Assembly (NCBI GenBank): GCA_964346815.1
Contig: CAYFWF010000059.1
Span: forward strand, 10,896 to 74,895
Source: an uncultured Eubacteriales bacterium
Lineage (GTDB): Bacteria > Acidobacteriota > Aminicenantia > Aminicenantales > Aminicenantaceae
Direction of reading: 5' to 3'
Length of the DNA: 64,000 nt
How positions within the stretch are numbered: the stretch's first letter is position 1; every line of letters begins with the position of its first letter. Under the pieces are notes generated by a model. That model was not told the origin of the DNA. It saw only the letters and a list, made by a program, of their open reading frames with translations, and did no database searches. Below are positions 25,787-35,523 of this stretch, one piece after another. Both the position numbers and the translations under genes were made by a program.

Positions 25787-27241
25787 TTGACAGTAAAGTT
25801 ATCCAGACTCGATCAATTTTTAGAACTCCGCAATATCCAACTCTATGAAAGGGAAAGATTTATCCGCAGCACATCGAGAAAAAATCCTCTCGTTCAGGTG
25901 GATTATTCTCTCTTCCTGGATGAAAAACACAGGTTCAGGAAGGATCTGATCGAGTTGGTCAAAGAAATTATTCAGAAATCCAGGCTGAAGATATATTTCG
26001 TTATGGTCAGTTGGTGGGGAAGGGGGGATCAGGCTCTTTGGACGGGAAGTCATCTGCTGAACACCCTGCTCAGATTTAAAAAAAAGGGCCTTTGTGACAT
26101 TCTCTTGAGTTATCAAGAAGGCGACTCCGGACCATCGAGTCTTTGCAGCTGGTGTAAGAGACGAAACATCGACGTTCTCTTTGTCGACCGCTATCAACTG
26201 GTTTCAAAAGTCGGAAAAGATGTGGTCATTCCCAGGAAGGTACCGGGAAAGGCAGAAAACGTCATCAAAAGTCTCAAATGGATCGAACAGAAAACGAAAG
26301 AGAATGGATTGACTCCTGAAAAGGTCTTGGTCATCTTCGCGGATGACGATTACACCCAATATCACTGGATCAATTATTTCATGCTTTTTGCTCCCTGGGT
26401 ACTCTCCTTTCAGAAAAAGTCAAGAGACAAAGAGATCGATCAAATTGTCAGAAAAATAAACAAAGTCAGCTTCATCAAAAGCGGTTGCCCGAGGATAATC
26501 TTGCCCTATGAACTTCAAGGACATATCGTCGATGGGCGCCTCGAAACCATGGACTATCTGGATGTCACACGGGCTATCTTGGAGCTGGCCATCGAGCACA
26601 ACCGATTGAGGTTGGGTGAAGAAAGGGAAGAAGTTTCCGAGCTGTTTTCAATTCTTAATAAAATCAAAACAAAAAAGCAGATCTTTGCTCCTCAAAACAG
26701 AACGTATTTCCTAGGAGAGAAACTCAACGACCGTCTGGAAAGTGTTTGGCGTGAATATATCTACAGAGGCGGACGGGTCACCCAGCGCCTCGAGGGAATC
26801 TTGCGCTACCTCAGCCACAAAAGCCATTGCCGGTGGCTCAGACAATTCACCTTTCTCTTACACGGAGACCAAGGAGCTCCTTTGGATGCATGGCTGGAAT
26901 ATTCCCCCTTCGGAGGATATGCCCTTGAAATCAGCTTATTGATGCAAGCCATGTGTGATAAGGCCTTTGAGGAACAACAGGTGCTGAATATCAAGGGCCT
27001 TCCTCACTCCCACCAACGTTCAAAGGACCTGGCCATATGGCACATGCTTGACAGCATTCTTTTGGCCTTTGACTTGATCAGGGTCCTCTACAAAGATCTC
27101 TCTCTCAGAAATTTTCTCTCGGTCTATGGATACAAAAGGCATTTCCCGATGCTTGACAGATTCGGAAATATTATCCAGCATCAACCCAGATATGGGAGCC
27201 TGAAGATCTATCCACCTCTCAATCACTTGGCCATCGAATAA
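25787..27241 (+). CDS. hypothetical protein; possibly a divergent GT-A glycosyltransferase related to glucosyl/mannosyl-3-phosphoglycerate synthases
   Basis: The TTG start lies 6 nt after AAGGAG. The motifs PGKAEN, IFADDDY (DxD), GGYALEISLL and PHSHQRSKDL occur in the order seen in the GpgS/MpgS-type enzymes I remember. The N-terminus lacks the usual P-x-x-NE motif, so the function call is weak. Confidence 0.3.
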   Translation: MTVKLSRLDQFLELRNIQLYERERFIRSTSRKNPLVQVDYSLFLDEKHRFRKDLIELVKEIIQKSRLKIYFVMVSWWGRGDQALWTGSHLLNTLLRFKKKGLCDILLSYQEGDSGPSSLCSWCKRRNIDVLFVDRYQLVSKVGKDVVIPRKVPGKAENVIKSLKWIEQKTKENGLTPEKVLVIFADDDYTQYHWINYFMLFAPWVLSFQKKSRDKEIDQIVRKINKVSFIKSGCPRIILPYELQGHIVDGRLETMDYLDVTRAILELAIEHNRLRLGEEREEVSELFSILNKIKTKKQIFAPQNRTYFLGEKLNDRLESVWREYIYRGGRVTQRLEGILRYLSHKSHCRWLRQFTFLLHGDQGAPLDAWLEYSPFGGYALEISLLMQAMCDKAFEEQQVLNIKGLPHSHQRSKDLAIWHMLDSILLAFDLIRVLYKDLSLRNFLSVYGYKRHFPMLDRFGNIIQHQPRYGSLKIYPPLNHLAIE

Positions 27242-27372
27242 TCCGGAATCCACAAACCTGTACAGACAGATGTTTCTTCTCATTTCATCGAGGAATTCCC
27301 TCCTGAGCAGACTCATCTCATCATGAATGAAGAAATGCAACGTGTCTCTGGCCAAAAGGGGGCAGACCGATA

Positions 27373-29586
27373 TCAACTATCGGAAAGCTGTCGGAGCAAT
27401 TTTCTCGCAGCATGGGGAGATTCCAGATAAAATCGGGCAAGAGTCTGACGATACCCGACCTTCACCGAATATGCAGACAAAGGCAAAACTTTAAAAATAT
27501 CCTCATCGGTCCAATCATCTCCGAGGGCAAGCAAGAAATCCCATTTTTTCCACTTCAAAAATCTTTGCGTTGCCTCTCCTTTATCGACACCCCGCATCCT
27601 TACCTCGACGACCTTGTTACCATGCATGACCTGAAGATTGGTGTTGGCAAGAAATTCATTGAGATAATCGAATAGTTCGTCGGCCCTAAGTTGCCCCAAT
27701 TCCGGATTGGCCTTCCGGTATTGCCACGCGAGGCCGTATTCTTTCTCCTCCACCAAAGTGCCGGGGACACGCATTTGGTAAGTTTTAAGGATTGGCCTTA
27801 CTTGCGCCTTCCATTCACCTGAGGAGGGGCTCATTTGCTTTTCCCATTCTAGATTGGGCCGTTTTTTGATCCAAGCTCCATGCTCTGCAACCAGGCCACA
27901 GGGGATTTTTCCGAGCCACTTTTGAAGCGTTTCTCGCTTCCGGCCGCTTATGATAACAAGGAAATTTTCGACGTTTTCAGCCAAGGACAAGAGCAACCGT
28001 ATCAATTCTCTATCCGGCTTTGCTCGATCCGGCTCGTCGGAGAAGGAGATGATCGTACCGTCATAGTCCAAAAGAAGAAGCCGCCGCTTGCTCTTTTTAT
28101 AATCAGAGAGCAGTTTTTGCTGCCATTCATGACTCAGTTTCCTGTGTTCCTGTCGTATCTGAATCTTCTTTATTTCCTCAATCCTTTCAATAAAACTTCT
28201 GGTCCATCGATACACATCGTATTCATATAAACGCTTCCTCATTAGCTCCATTCTCTGTATTTGTTCTTCCTCGCTCATCCGCAGAGCCTGATGAAGAGCC
28301 TCGGCTATCTCTTCCTTGTTGTTTACATTTATCAGGATGGCTTCTCCTAGTTCTGCTGATGCTCCTGTGGTTTCGCTAAGAATTAGGACACCCTTTTTAT
28401 CTGTGCGGGCAGCGATATATTCCTTCGCTACCAGATTCATTCCGTCACGTAAGGGACTGATAAGGGCGATATCGGCCACAGAATACAGGGGAAGAAGTTT
28501 TTTAAACGGAAGAGAACGGGACATATAATGAAGAGGAATCCATCCCGGTATACCGAAACGGCCGTTTATCCTCCCCACGAGTTTATCCACTTCTTCCTTC
28601 AGGAGAGAATAGTGTTTGACCTTGGTGCGGGAAGGCACGCACAGCATGATAAAAATGACCTGTTTGTGCCATTTGGGATTTCTCTGCAGGAAATATTCGA
28701 TGCCTTTCAATCTCTCAGGTATGCCTTTGGTATAATCCATCCGGTCGATGGAGAGGACGATTTTTCTCTTTGGCACACCCATTCTTTCCTGAAGTGTTTT
28801 GATCTCTCTCTGTGTCGAAGTCTGTTGACAAAGGAACTCAATGTTTTGAATATCTATTCCCATCGGAAAATTCTCTACCTTGATCACCCTTTCCCCGAAA
28901 AAAATCGTGCCAAATTCGTGCTCATGTCCCAACAAACGCAAAACACTGCTCAAAAAATGTCTGGCATATTCATAGGTATGGAATCCTATAAGGTCAGCAC
29001 CCAGAAGTCCTTCCAAAATTTCTTTCCGCCAGGGTAAAAGCCTGAATATTTCAGAAGAAGGGAATGGTATATGGAGGAAAAAACCGATAGAGCTCCGAGG
29101 AAACTTCTCTTTTATCAACCTGGGAAGAAGCATCAAATGATAATCATGAACCCAAAAAACATCCTGGGGACTGGCTGTCTTTTCAATTTTTTGCAAAAAT
29201 TTCTTGTTTACTTTTTCGTAGGCTTTCCACTCAGATTCTTCATAGGTGGAATATGTCGAAAAGTAATGAAACAGTGGCCAAATTGTTCTGTTCGAAAAAC
29301 CATAATAATACTTCTCAATTTCTGTCGGAGAGAGAAACACCGGAAAACTTTGGCAGGATTTTATGAGCTCATCTTCAATTTTTCTTTTTTCTCCTTTATT
29401 CGACGGCCAAAGGCCTGGCCAGCCTATCAATACCGGCTCCACCATCTTTTCGAGACTCCGGATGCCTGTGGCAAGACCTCCAGGGCTCTCTCGAACTTTA
29501 AGATTTTTTCCTTTTCGGCTTATCGAAACAGGCAGCCTGTTGGCGATGATAAGGATTCTTTTTTTCCCGGATGGATCTGTCTTCAT
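27373..29586 (-). CDS. otsAB: bifunctional trehalose-6-phosphate synthase (GT20) / trehalose-6-phosphate phosphatase (HAD)
   Basis: The N-terminal OtsA blocks are ILIIANRLPVS, VHDYHLMLLP, GFFLHIPFPSSEIF and LIGFHTYEYARHF. The C-terminal HAD phosphatase blocks are LLLLDYDGT and GDDWTDEDIF. Confidence 0.9.
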   Translation of the reverse strand: MKTDPSGKKRILIIANRLPVSISRKGKNLKVRESPGGLATGIRSLEKMVEPVLIGWPGLWPSNKGEKRKIEDELIKSCQSFPVFLSPTEIEKYYYGFSNRTIWPLFHYFSTYSTYEESEWKAYEKVNKKFLQKIEKTASPQDVFWVHDYHLMLLPRLIKEKFPRSSIGFFLHIPFPSSEIFRLLPWRKEILEGLLGADLIGFHTYEYARHFLSSVLRLLGHEHEFGTIFFGERVIKVENFPMGIDIQNIEFLCQQTSTQREIKTLQERMGVPKRKIVLSIDRMDYTKGIPERLKGIEYFLQRNPKWHKQVIFIMLCVPSRTKVKHYSLLKEEVDKLVGRINGRFGIPGWIPLHYMSRSLPFKKLLPLYSVADIALISPLRDGMNLVAKEYIAARTDKKGVLILSETTGASAELGEAILINVNNKEEIAEALHQALRMSEEEQIQRMELMRKRLYEYDVYRWTRSFIERIEEIKKIQIRQEHRKLSHEWQQKLLSDYKKSKRRLLLLDYDGTIISFSDEPDRAKPDRELIRLLLSLAENVENFLVIISGRKRETLQKWLGKIPCGLVAEHGAWIKKRPNLEWEKQMSPSSGEWKAQVRPILKTYQMRVPGTLVEEKEYGLAWQYRKANPELGQLRADELFDYLNEFLANTNLQVMHGNKVVEVRMRGVDKGEATQRFLKWKKWDFLLALGDDWTDEDIFKVLPLSAYSVKVGYRQTLARFYLESPHAARKLLRQLSDS

Positions 29587-30005
29587 GATGGGCTGTCCCC
29601 CTCCTTTTTGCTTAAGTCAAATCGTCGATAAAGCATCTTCAAATCCAGGGGCATCTCATTCTATCGAACCTTCTCAAGGGGAGATGCTGGATACCCTGGA
29701 TAATCCAGCAGTGATGACCTGTATACCCCGACGTGGCGAACATTTCATCGGTTTGAGTACACAACCCTTATACTCATAAGATAACATGCGGCGCAGAGAG
29801 CGTCAATCGCAAACGGCAATTATCTCTCTCCAAGTGGCCCAAAAAGGCCTCATGTTTTTCCATAAGAGGCAATTTTTCAGGGAAGAGGATATGACTTCCG
29901 GGAGGGCAAAATCATACCAAACGCTATCGATAAGACCTATGGATAGCTGGGAAAAATAAGTTACGCCTAGCGACAAATTTGACCTGTTTTTTCAAATATG
30001 AGAGA

Positions 30006-31514
30006 ATGCAATTGAATGAAAATAAAGACTTTAATAGCTGTAAAAGTCCATATCAATTGGCTGACCGACCGTTCGGAGAAGGAGATATTGAAATCAAAGG
30101 GAAAAAATATCTGACTCCTATCCATGAACTCGAGCGAACAGACGATCCTGTGAAGCTCTATTTAAAGGAAATGGGGGATATCTCTTTGCTTACTCGAGAG
30201 GGAGAACTTGTCATCGCCAAACGAATAGAAAAGAGTGAACTGACAGTCATAAAGGCTCTCTCGAAGACCAAAGCCGCCCTCGATCGAGTCCTTTATTTGG
30301 AGGAGAAATCCAAAGAAGTGCCAAATATCATAGACGAAATGTTCGAACTGTATGAAAAAGAACTTTCTGAGAAAAAATTAGAGTTAAGAAAAAAGAAGAT
30401 AAGCCGAAAAATCCAAGAACTGAGAAACCTCGGTTCACAGCTCGAAAGCTTTCCGTTGAGAAAAAAATACAGCTTTTCTCAAAGGCGACTCAAGGTCAAA
30501 ACGAGTCAAATCCTCAGGAGCTTGAACATTTGTTCGGAATTCTGGGAGGACATTATCACTGATCTCCAGATGAAGCTGCAGGCTGTCAACCATCTCGAAG
30601 AAACTAAAGAAGAGCTCACCCTATCTTATAAAAAAAAGAGGAGCCAGAAGGCAAAGATCACCCTGAAAAAAGAAGTGAATAAAATCAACTCGCTGTTGAG
30701 GTCTTATCGGAGGGAAATAGGATTCGATCCACAGGATTTAAGAAAGATCCTGCGTATAATATCTGGGGCGAGGAAGGACAGGGACAAATCGAAAAATGAA
30801 TTGGTAGAAGCCAACCTGCGGCTCGTGGTTTCCATCGCCAAGAAATATATCAACTGTGGACTTCCTTTCCTCGATTTGATTCAAGAAGGAAACACCGGAT
30901 TGATGAGAGCAGTGGATAAATTCGATTACAAAAAGGGATATAAGTTTTCCACTTATGCGACTTGGTGGATCAGACAAGCCATCACCAGAGCTGTTTCTGA
31001 CCAGGGGAGAACGATAAGGATTCCTGTTCATATGGTGGAGACCATAAACAAACTCCGCAGGGTCTCTCAGGCTCTTGTCCAAGAAAGCGGGAGAGAACCG
31101 ACATATGAGGAGATCGCCAAAAAGATGGATCTGAGCATCAGCAAGGTCAGAAAGATCATAAAAATCTCCCAGCAGCCTCTTTCTCTCGAAACACCCATCG
31201 GTGATGAAGAAGACAGTCACCTAAAGGATTTTATCGAAGACAAAAAAATTCTCTCTCCTCAGGACAAAACGATTAAAAACAATCTCAAAAAACAAATTGA
31301 AGAAGCTTTAAAAACCCTCTCTGAACGAGAGGCCAGAGTCTTAAAGTTGAGGTTTGGCATCGGAAGTGGGAACGAACAGACATTGGAAGAAATCGGGCAG
31401 CAATTCAAGGTGACTCGAGAAAGGATCAGACAGATAGAAGCCAAAGCAAAGAGAAAATTGAAAAGCCCGAGTCGGGGGCAAAAGTTAAAGTCTTTCACTG
31501 ATAATTATAGTTAA
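30006..31514 (+). CDS. rpoD: RNA polymerase sigma-70 family primary-like sigma factor
   Basis: Region 1.2 reads [17 protein letters not shown]. Region 2 reads [40 protein letters not shown]. Region 3 reads [13 protein letters not shown]. Region 4 reads [22 protein letters not shown]. The start is uncertain: ATG at 30006, TTG at 29979 or TTG at 30012. Confidence 0.85.
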   Translation: MQLNENKDFNSCKSPYQLADRPFGEGDIEIKGKKYLTPIHELERTDDPVKLYLKEMGDISLLTREGELVIAKRIEKSELTVIKALSKTKAALDRVLYLEEKSKEVPNIIDEMFELYEKELSEKKLELRKKKISRKIQELRNLGSQLESFPLRKKYSFSQRRLKVKTSQILRSLNICSEFWEDIITDLQMKLQAVNHLEETKEELTLSYKKKRSQKAKITLKKEVNKINSLLRSYRREIGFDPQDLRKILRIISGARKDRDKSKNELVEANLRLVVSIAKKYINCGLPFLDLIQEGNTGLMRAVDKFDYKKGYKFSTYATWWIRQAITRAVSDQGRTIRIPVHMVETINKLRRVSQALVQESGREPTYEEIAKKMDLSISKVRKIIKISQQPLSLETPIGDEEDSHLKDFIEDKKILSPQDKTIKNNLKKQIEEALKTLSEREARVLKLRFGIGSGNEQTLEEIGQQFKVTRERIRQIEAKAKRKLKSPSRGQKLKSFTDNYS

Positions 31515-31527
31515 TTGATCACACCCC

Positions 31528-31575
31528 AAGGAAATGGAGAAAAAAGACTATAAGGAAATGGAGAAAAAAGACTAT
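31528..31575 (+). repeat. perfect 24-bp tandem duplication (2 copies) of AAGGAAATGGAGAAAAAAGACTAT
   Basis: Segments 31528-31551 and 31552-31575 are identical. The duplication copies the RBS-like AAGGAA, the ATG and 5 further codons in frame (MEKKDYKE-MEKKDY). Confidence 0.9.
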
Positions 31576-33039
31576 CCGAATATCATTCTGATAGTGATAG
31601 ATGCCCTCAGAGCCAAAAATCTCGGATGCTACGGAGGAAAGCGAGGTTCCACTCCCCATATCGATAAAATTGCCAACAGGGGCATTCTCTTTGAAAACGC
31701 CTTCTCTGCATGGAACACAACGGATCAAAGCCTCACCACGATTCTCACAGGACGATACCCCAGAACCCACGGGATCATCCACCACGGAGACAAGGTTCAG
31801 ACCGAAGACAGGCTAATATTCGAAAAGCTGAATATAAAATTGCTCTCAGAGGTCTTGAAGCCTCTAGGATACAAAACCCTTGCAGTAGACTGGATGGGAA
31901 GATGGTTCAAAAAAGGCTTTGATTATTATGGATATAAAACCGAAAAGCCTTTATTCAAAAAGATCATCGCCACCTTTTTTGTCGTTCCTTACATACACAT
32001 AAAATACATGATTGCCCATATTGGGCTTCTCGGTATCTATCTAAAGAAGAGAAAGAAAGGAAAGTTCTCCACCTCTTCCTTGTGGAAAAGTATCAAGGAC
32101 GTATTGAGCACTTTCTTTTTTACTTTTGAGCTGGCAAGAGTTCAGGATGCAAACATCGTTACCGGTATCGCAGAGGAAATCGTGAGGAGATCAGGAAAAG
32201 AAAAATATTTTCTCTTTCTCCACTATTGGGATACCCATACGCCCTACTACTGTCCCAGGAAACACTTTATCAAGAAACAAAAGAGGGCATCCTCAAAAGA
32301 AAAACTTTTGGCCAAGTATGAAGGAGCCGTTCGATATGCCGACCAGCAGATCGGACGGTTATTCAATGTGCTCGAGGAAGAAAACCAGGAGAACGATACT
32401 TTGCTGATTATCACTTCAGATCACGGAGAGAGTCTGACCGAACACGATATTTTTTTCGATCATCACGGCCTCTACGACGCCACAATGCATGTTCCTTTTA
32501 TCCTGTATCACCCCCAGTCCTTCCCCATACCTCGGAGAATTCAATCTTTGGTACAACATGTGGATCTTGTTCCTACTTTGTGGTCACTCCTCCAAATCGA
32601 TTCTGTTCCTCATAAGCCTGACGGGGAAAGCCTTATCCCTCTAATCCGGGGCGAAAAACAAGACATTCGACCGCACTGCTTCCAAGAGGAATCTTATGTG
32701 CAGAGAAAGATCGGCCTGAGAACTCACAAACATAAGTATATTTATGCGCCGGACGGCCATGGCCTGTGCAATTACTGCCAAACCGTGCATGGCGGATCAG
32801 AGGAGCTCTACGATCTGGAAAAAGACCCAGAAGAAACGTCCAATATTGTCAAAGAGGATAAGAGCACTGCACAGCAGATGCGTAAAGAACTGGAGGTGTT
32901 TTACAAAACCCTGGAGGAAAAAAGACAAAAAGAACTGGAAGAGGGGCTTTCAGAGGATACTTTGCCCACCGCGGCCACCGATCCAAAAGAAGAAAAAAAA
33001 ATCAAAAAGAAGCTTCGAGGCCTCGGTTATATGGATTAA
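31534..33039 (+). CDS. sulfatase-fold (alkaline phosphatase superfamily) protein with Thr at the nucleophile position; no signal peptide
   Basis: Metal and active-site blocks include ILIVIDALRAKNLGCYG and ITSDHGESL. At the position of the C/S-x-P-x-R motif the sequence reads T-D-Q-S-L...LTGR. The C-terminus is KKLRGLGYMD. Confidence 0.75.
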   Translation: MEKKDYKEMEKKDYPNIILIVIDALRAKNLGCYGGKRGSTPHIDKIANRGILFENAFSAWNTTDQSLTTILTGRYPRTHGIIHHGDKVQTEDRLIFEKLNIKLLSEVLKPLGYKTLAVDWMGRWFKKGFDYYGYKTEKPLFKKIIATFFVVPYIHIKYMIAHIGLLGIYLKKRKKGKFSTSSLWKSIKDVLSTFFFTFELARVQDANIVTGIAEEIVRRSGKEKYFLFLHYWDTHTPYYCPRKHFIKKQKRASSKEKLLAKYEGAVRYADQQIGRLFNVLEEENQENDTLLIITSDHGESLTEHDIFFDHHGLYDATMHVPFILYHPQSFPIPRRIQSLVQHVDLVPTLWSLLQIDSVPHKPDGESLIPLIRGEKQDIRPHCFQEESYVQRKIGLRTHKHKYIYAPDGHGLCNYCQTVHGGSEELYDLEKDPEETSNIVKEDKSTAQQMRKELEVFYKTLEEKRQKELEEGLSEDTLPTAATDPKEEKKIKKKLRGLGYMD

Positions 33040-34318
33040 GATTTCGAGACAGATAATTTCTGATATACTCAACGACAGGTTCAGACTCCAGCCCATCGAA
33101 ACATCTCACCTTCGGACAGGCCTTGAAGATTTTATCGATACAGGTCAAATTTTTGCACTCGGGCGAAGCCTCAAAAATTTTGGAGGGCGCGTCTTGAGCG
33201 CTTGGGAGGTATCCGTCGGAATAGGAATCATATCCGTATATTTTTCCGCTGGTGGCTCCGAAAATCCCGACTACAGCCGTTGAATTGTGAAAATAATTAT
33301 CCAAATCCACCGCCACTCTCCTTGCGGCAGCAATATGAAGCGGTGCGGTATCGCCGGTAATGAACATATAAGAGCGATCGATCAAACTCGCGAAGACATC
33401 GATCGGCGTATCCTTGGGAATGACAGTGATTTTTTTTGTCAACACCGGCGAAATTGCCTTGAACAGTTCTTTTTCAATGTTGGGAAAACTGAATCCGCAG
33501 CTAAGAAGGAGATCGATATTATCGACCGAAAGAATCCCTTTCAGCAGCTCTACTTGAAACTTAAAGGGGATACGTGTATACGAACACGAAGTGTCCGGAT
33601 TAAAAAGGATTTTTTTCGAGCGGCGATCGATTTCCAGTCTCTCCATAAGTCTTTCCGCTCTCATCATACGTTCTCCTGTCACATAAATGACAGGGGAAGA
33701 GAAGTCCGGGCTGTCTTTGACCTCATCCAGCATATTACCAGAAATCTGATTCACGCATTCATTGGCAAACCGATTCATCTGAAAAAGAACCTGAGCCTTG
33801 CTCTTGTTCGAAGCATATGCATCGATCACATTGGCTATTAGCCGGGTCGGATAAATGACAACCGTACGCGCAGACCTAAAGTCTTTGGAGGAAAAATAGG
33901 GGCAGAAGTTAAAAATAAGATCAAAATCGTGCAGTTCTATCACGCTTCTCAAATTCTTGAAGTCTCTTTTAGAAGGATATCCTATACTTTTGATCAAAGG
34001 AAAATGCCGATCGACGTAAGGATTGGCTTTGATCAAAGGATAGCCTCTTCGCTGATAGAGATAACTGAGCTCTGTCTCTGGATGGGATTTTTTCAATGGA
34101 GCAATAAAGGATTGGGCCATAAGTGCATCCCCTATGTTGATTCCGGCAACGATCAAGATCCTTTTCAGTCCATGGATCTTACCAAAGTGCTTATTCTCCC
34201 TCGTCTCCAACAGATGAAGAATTTTTTGACTGGAAGATAATTTTTTAAGTGTCCGGTCTAAAAAAGGGGAAGAAACTCTGAAAATCAATCGTAAGAAGTG
34301 CTCTAAGGACAACATCAA
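33002..34318 (-). CDS. glycosyltransferase family 9 (heptosyltransferase-like)
   Basis: The N-terminal block is RILIVAGINIGDALMAQSFIAPLKKSHPETEL. The C-terminal block is FITGDTAPLHIAAA. The 3' end overlaps the convergent gene by 38 nt. Confidence 0.8.
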   Translation of the reverse strand: MMLSLEHFLRLIFRVSSPFLDRTLKKLSSSQKILHLLETRENKHFGKIHGLKRILIVAGINIGDALMAQSFIAPLKKSHPETELSYLYQRRGYPLIKANPYVDRHFPLIKSIGYPSKRDFKNLRSVIELHDFDLIFNFCPYFSSKDFRSARTVVIYPTRLIANVIDAYASNKSKAQVLFQMNRFANECVNQISGNMLDEVKDSPDFSSPVIYVTGERMMRAERLMERLEIDRRSKKILFNPDTSCSYTRIPFKFQVELLKGILSVDNIDLLLSCGFSFPNIEKELFKAISPVLTKKITVIPKDTPIDVFASLIDRSYMFITGDTAPLHIAAARRVAVDLDNYFHNSTAVVGIFGATSGKIYGYDSYSDGYLPSAQDAPSKIFEASPECKNLTCIDKIFKACPKVRCFDGLESEPVVEYIRNYLSRNLNPYNRGLEASF

Positions 34319-34463
34319 TGATCCAATAGGCTAGAATATCGTATCACAACCTTATTTTGAATAACATATCTTCCCTGGCAGTTCAAGTGGATGCCCTGTC
34401 TCCTCGGGTCACTTTTCAAATCCAGAGATCTTTTGATATGATTTAGGAAAGGAGGTTTTCCCA

Positions 34464-35354
34464 ATGAATTTTGCAGACTTGCTTGAGACAATCAAAATCT
34501 GGTTTCTATCAACCGGATTGAAAATCGTATTTGTCATTCTCATTACTTTGATCGTGATGAAAGTCGCACGGGTGGTCTCATCGAAGACTTCGAGTTTATT
34601 TCTCCAGAAGGCTCAGGATGAGGAAGACAGAAAACGGACCCAGACTCTTACCGCCGTCATTCGCAATGTTCTGAACAGCGTCATCCTGGTGATCGCTCTG
34701 ATGACTATTCTGGGCCAGCTGGGAGTCGAAATCGGTCCCCTCCTGGCTGCTGCCGGTATCATCGGCTTGGCCATCGGTTTTGCAGGACAGAGCCTGGTCA
34801 AAGACATCATAAACGGATTTTTCATTCTGATCTGGGATCAAATTCGTGTCGGCGACGTGGTTCAGATTGCGGGAAAAGGAGGGCTCGTCGAAAAGATCAA
34901 TCTCAAGATGACCGTATTGCGCGACCTGGCTGGAAATGTTCATTACATTCCAAACGGCTCCATAGATGTAGTCACGAATATGACAAGGGAATACTCGCGC
35001 TACGTATTCGACATAGGAGTAGCTTATCGTGAGGACGTGGATGAGGTCATTGAATTGGTGAAAGAGGTGGATAAAGAACTGCGAAACGATCCCGCCTTCA
35101 AACAGGATATCCTGGAACCAATCGAAATTTTAGGCCTGGACCAATTTGCGGATTCTGCAGTTATCATCAAAGCGCGCACCACCACTAAACCGATCAAACA
35201 ATGGAATATTGGCCGGGAATTCAACCGACGGCTGAAGAAGAAATTCGACGAGAAAGATATCGAGATCCCCTTCCCGCATGTGACTCTTTACGTAGGAAAG
35301 GATAAAAAAGGAGAGAGCCCTCCCCTGAATATTTCTATGGAGAACGAGCAGTAA
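34464..35354 (+). CDS. small-conductance mechanosensitive channel (MscS family)
   Basis: Three N-terminal TM helices are present. The pore helix and beta-domain block reads GLAIGFAGQSLVKDIINGFFILIWDQIRVGDVVQI. A GAAAGGAGG RBS precedes the start. Confidence 0.85.
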   Translation: MNFADLLETIKIWFLSTGLKIVFVILITLIVMKVARVVSSKTSSLFLQKAQDEEDRKRTQTLTAVIRNVLNSVILVIALMTILGQLGVEIGPLLAAAGIIGLAIGFAGQSLVKDIINGFFILIWDQIRVGDVVQIAGKGGLVEKINLKMTVLRDLAGNVHYIPNGSIDVVTNMTREYSRYVFDIGVAYREDVDEVIELVKEVDKELRNDPAFKQDILEPIEILGLDQFADSAVIIKARTTTKPIKQWNIGREFNRRLKKKFDEKDIEIPFPHVTLYVGKDKKGESPPLNISMENEQ

Positions 35355-35523
35355 AGGATTGACAGGAGCCCGAATCCAGTGATAAAAGCTAACTTCATCT
35401 AAAGGCTTTCGAATCCTTTTTTGGGCTCTCCATAAGGAAGGCCAGATGGATATGCGATTGAGAACTTCTGGTCTCGGCTGAATCGAAAAAAGAGGAAATC
35501 ATTTCATTTAGAGGGGATAACAA

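Noticed and set aside
29979-30010. TTGACC-N17-GAGAAT promoter-like element directly in front of rpoD.
   Set aside because: The putative -10 hexamer overlaps the candidate ATG at 30006, leaving no room for a transcription start or RBS. The TTGACC is itself the alternative TTG start used by the ORF track. The resemblance is probably coincidental.
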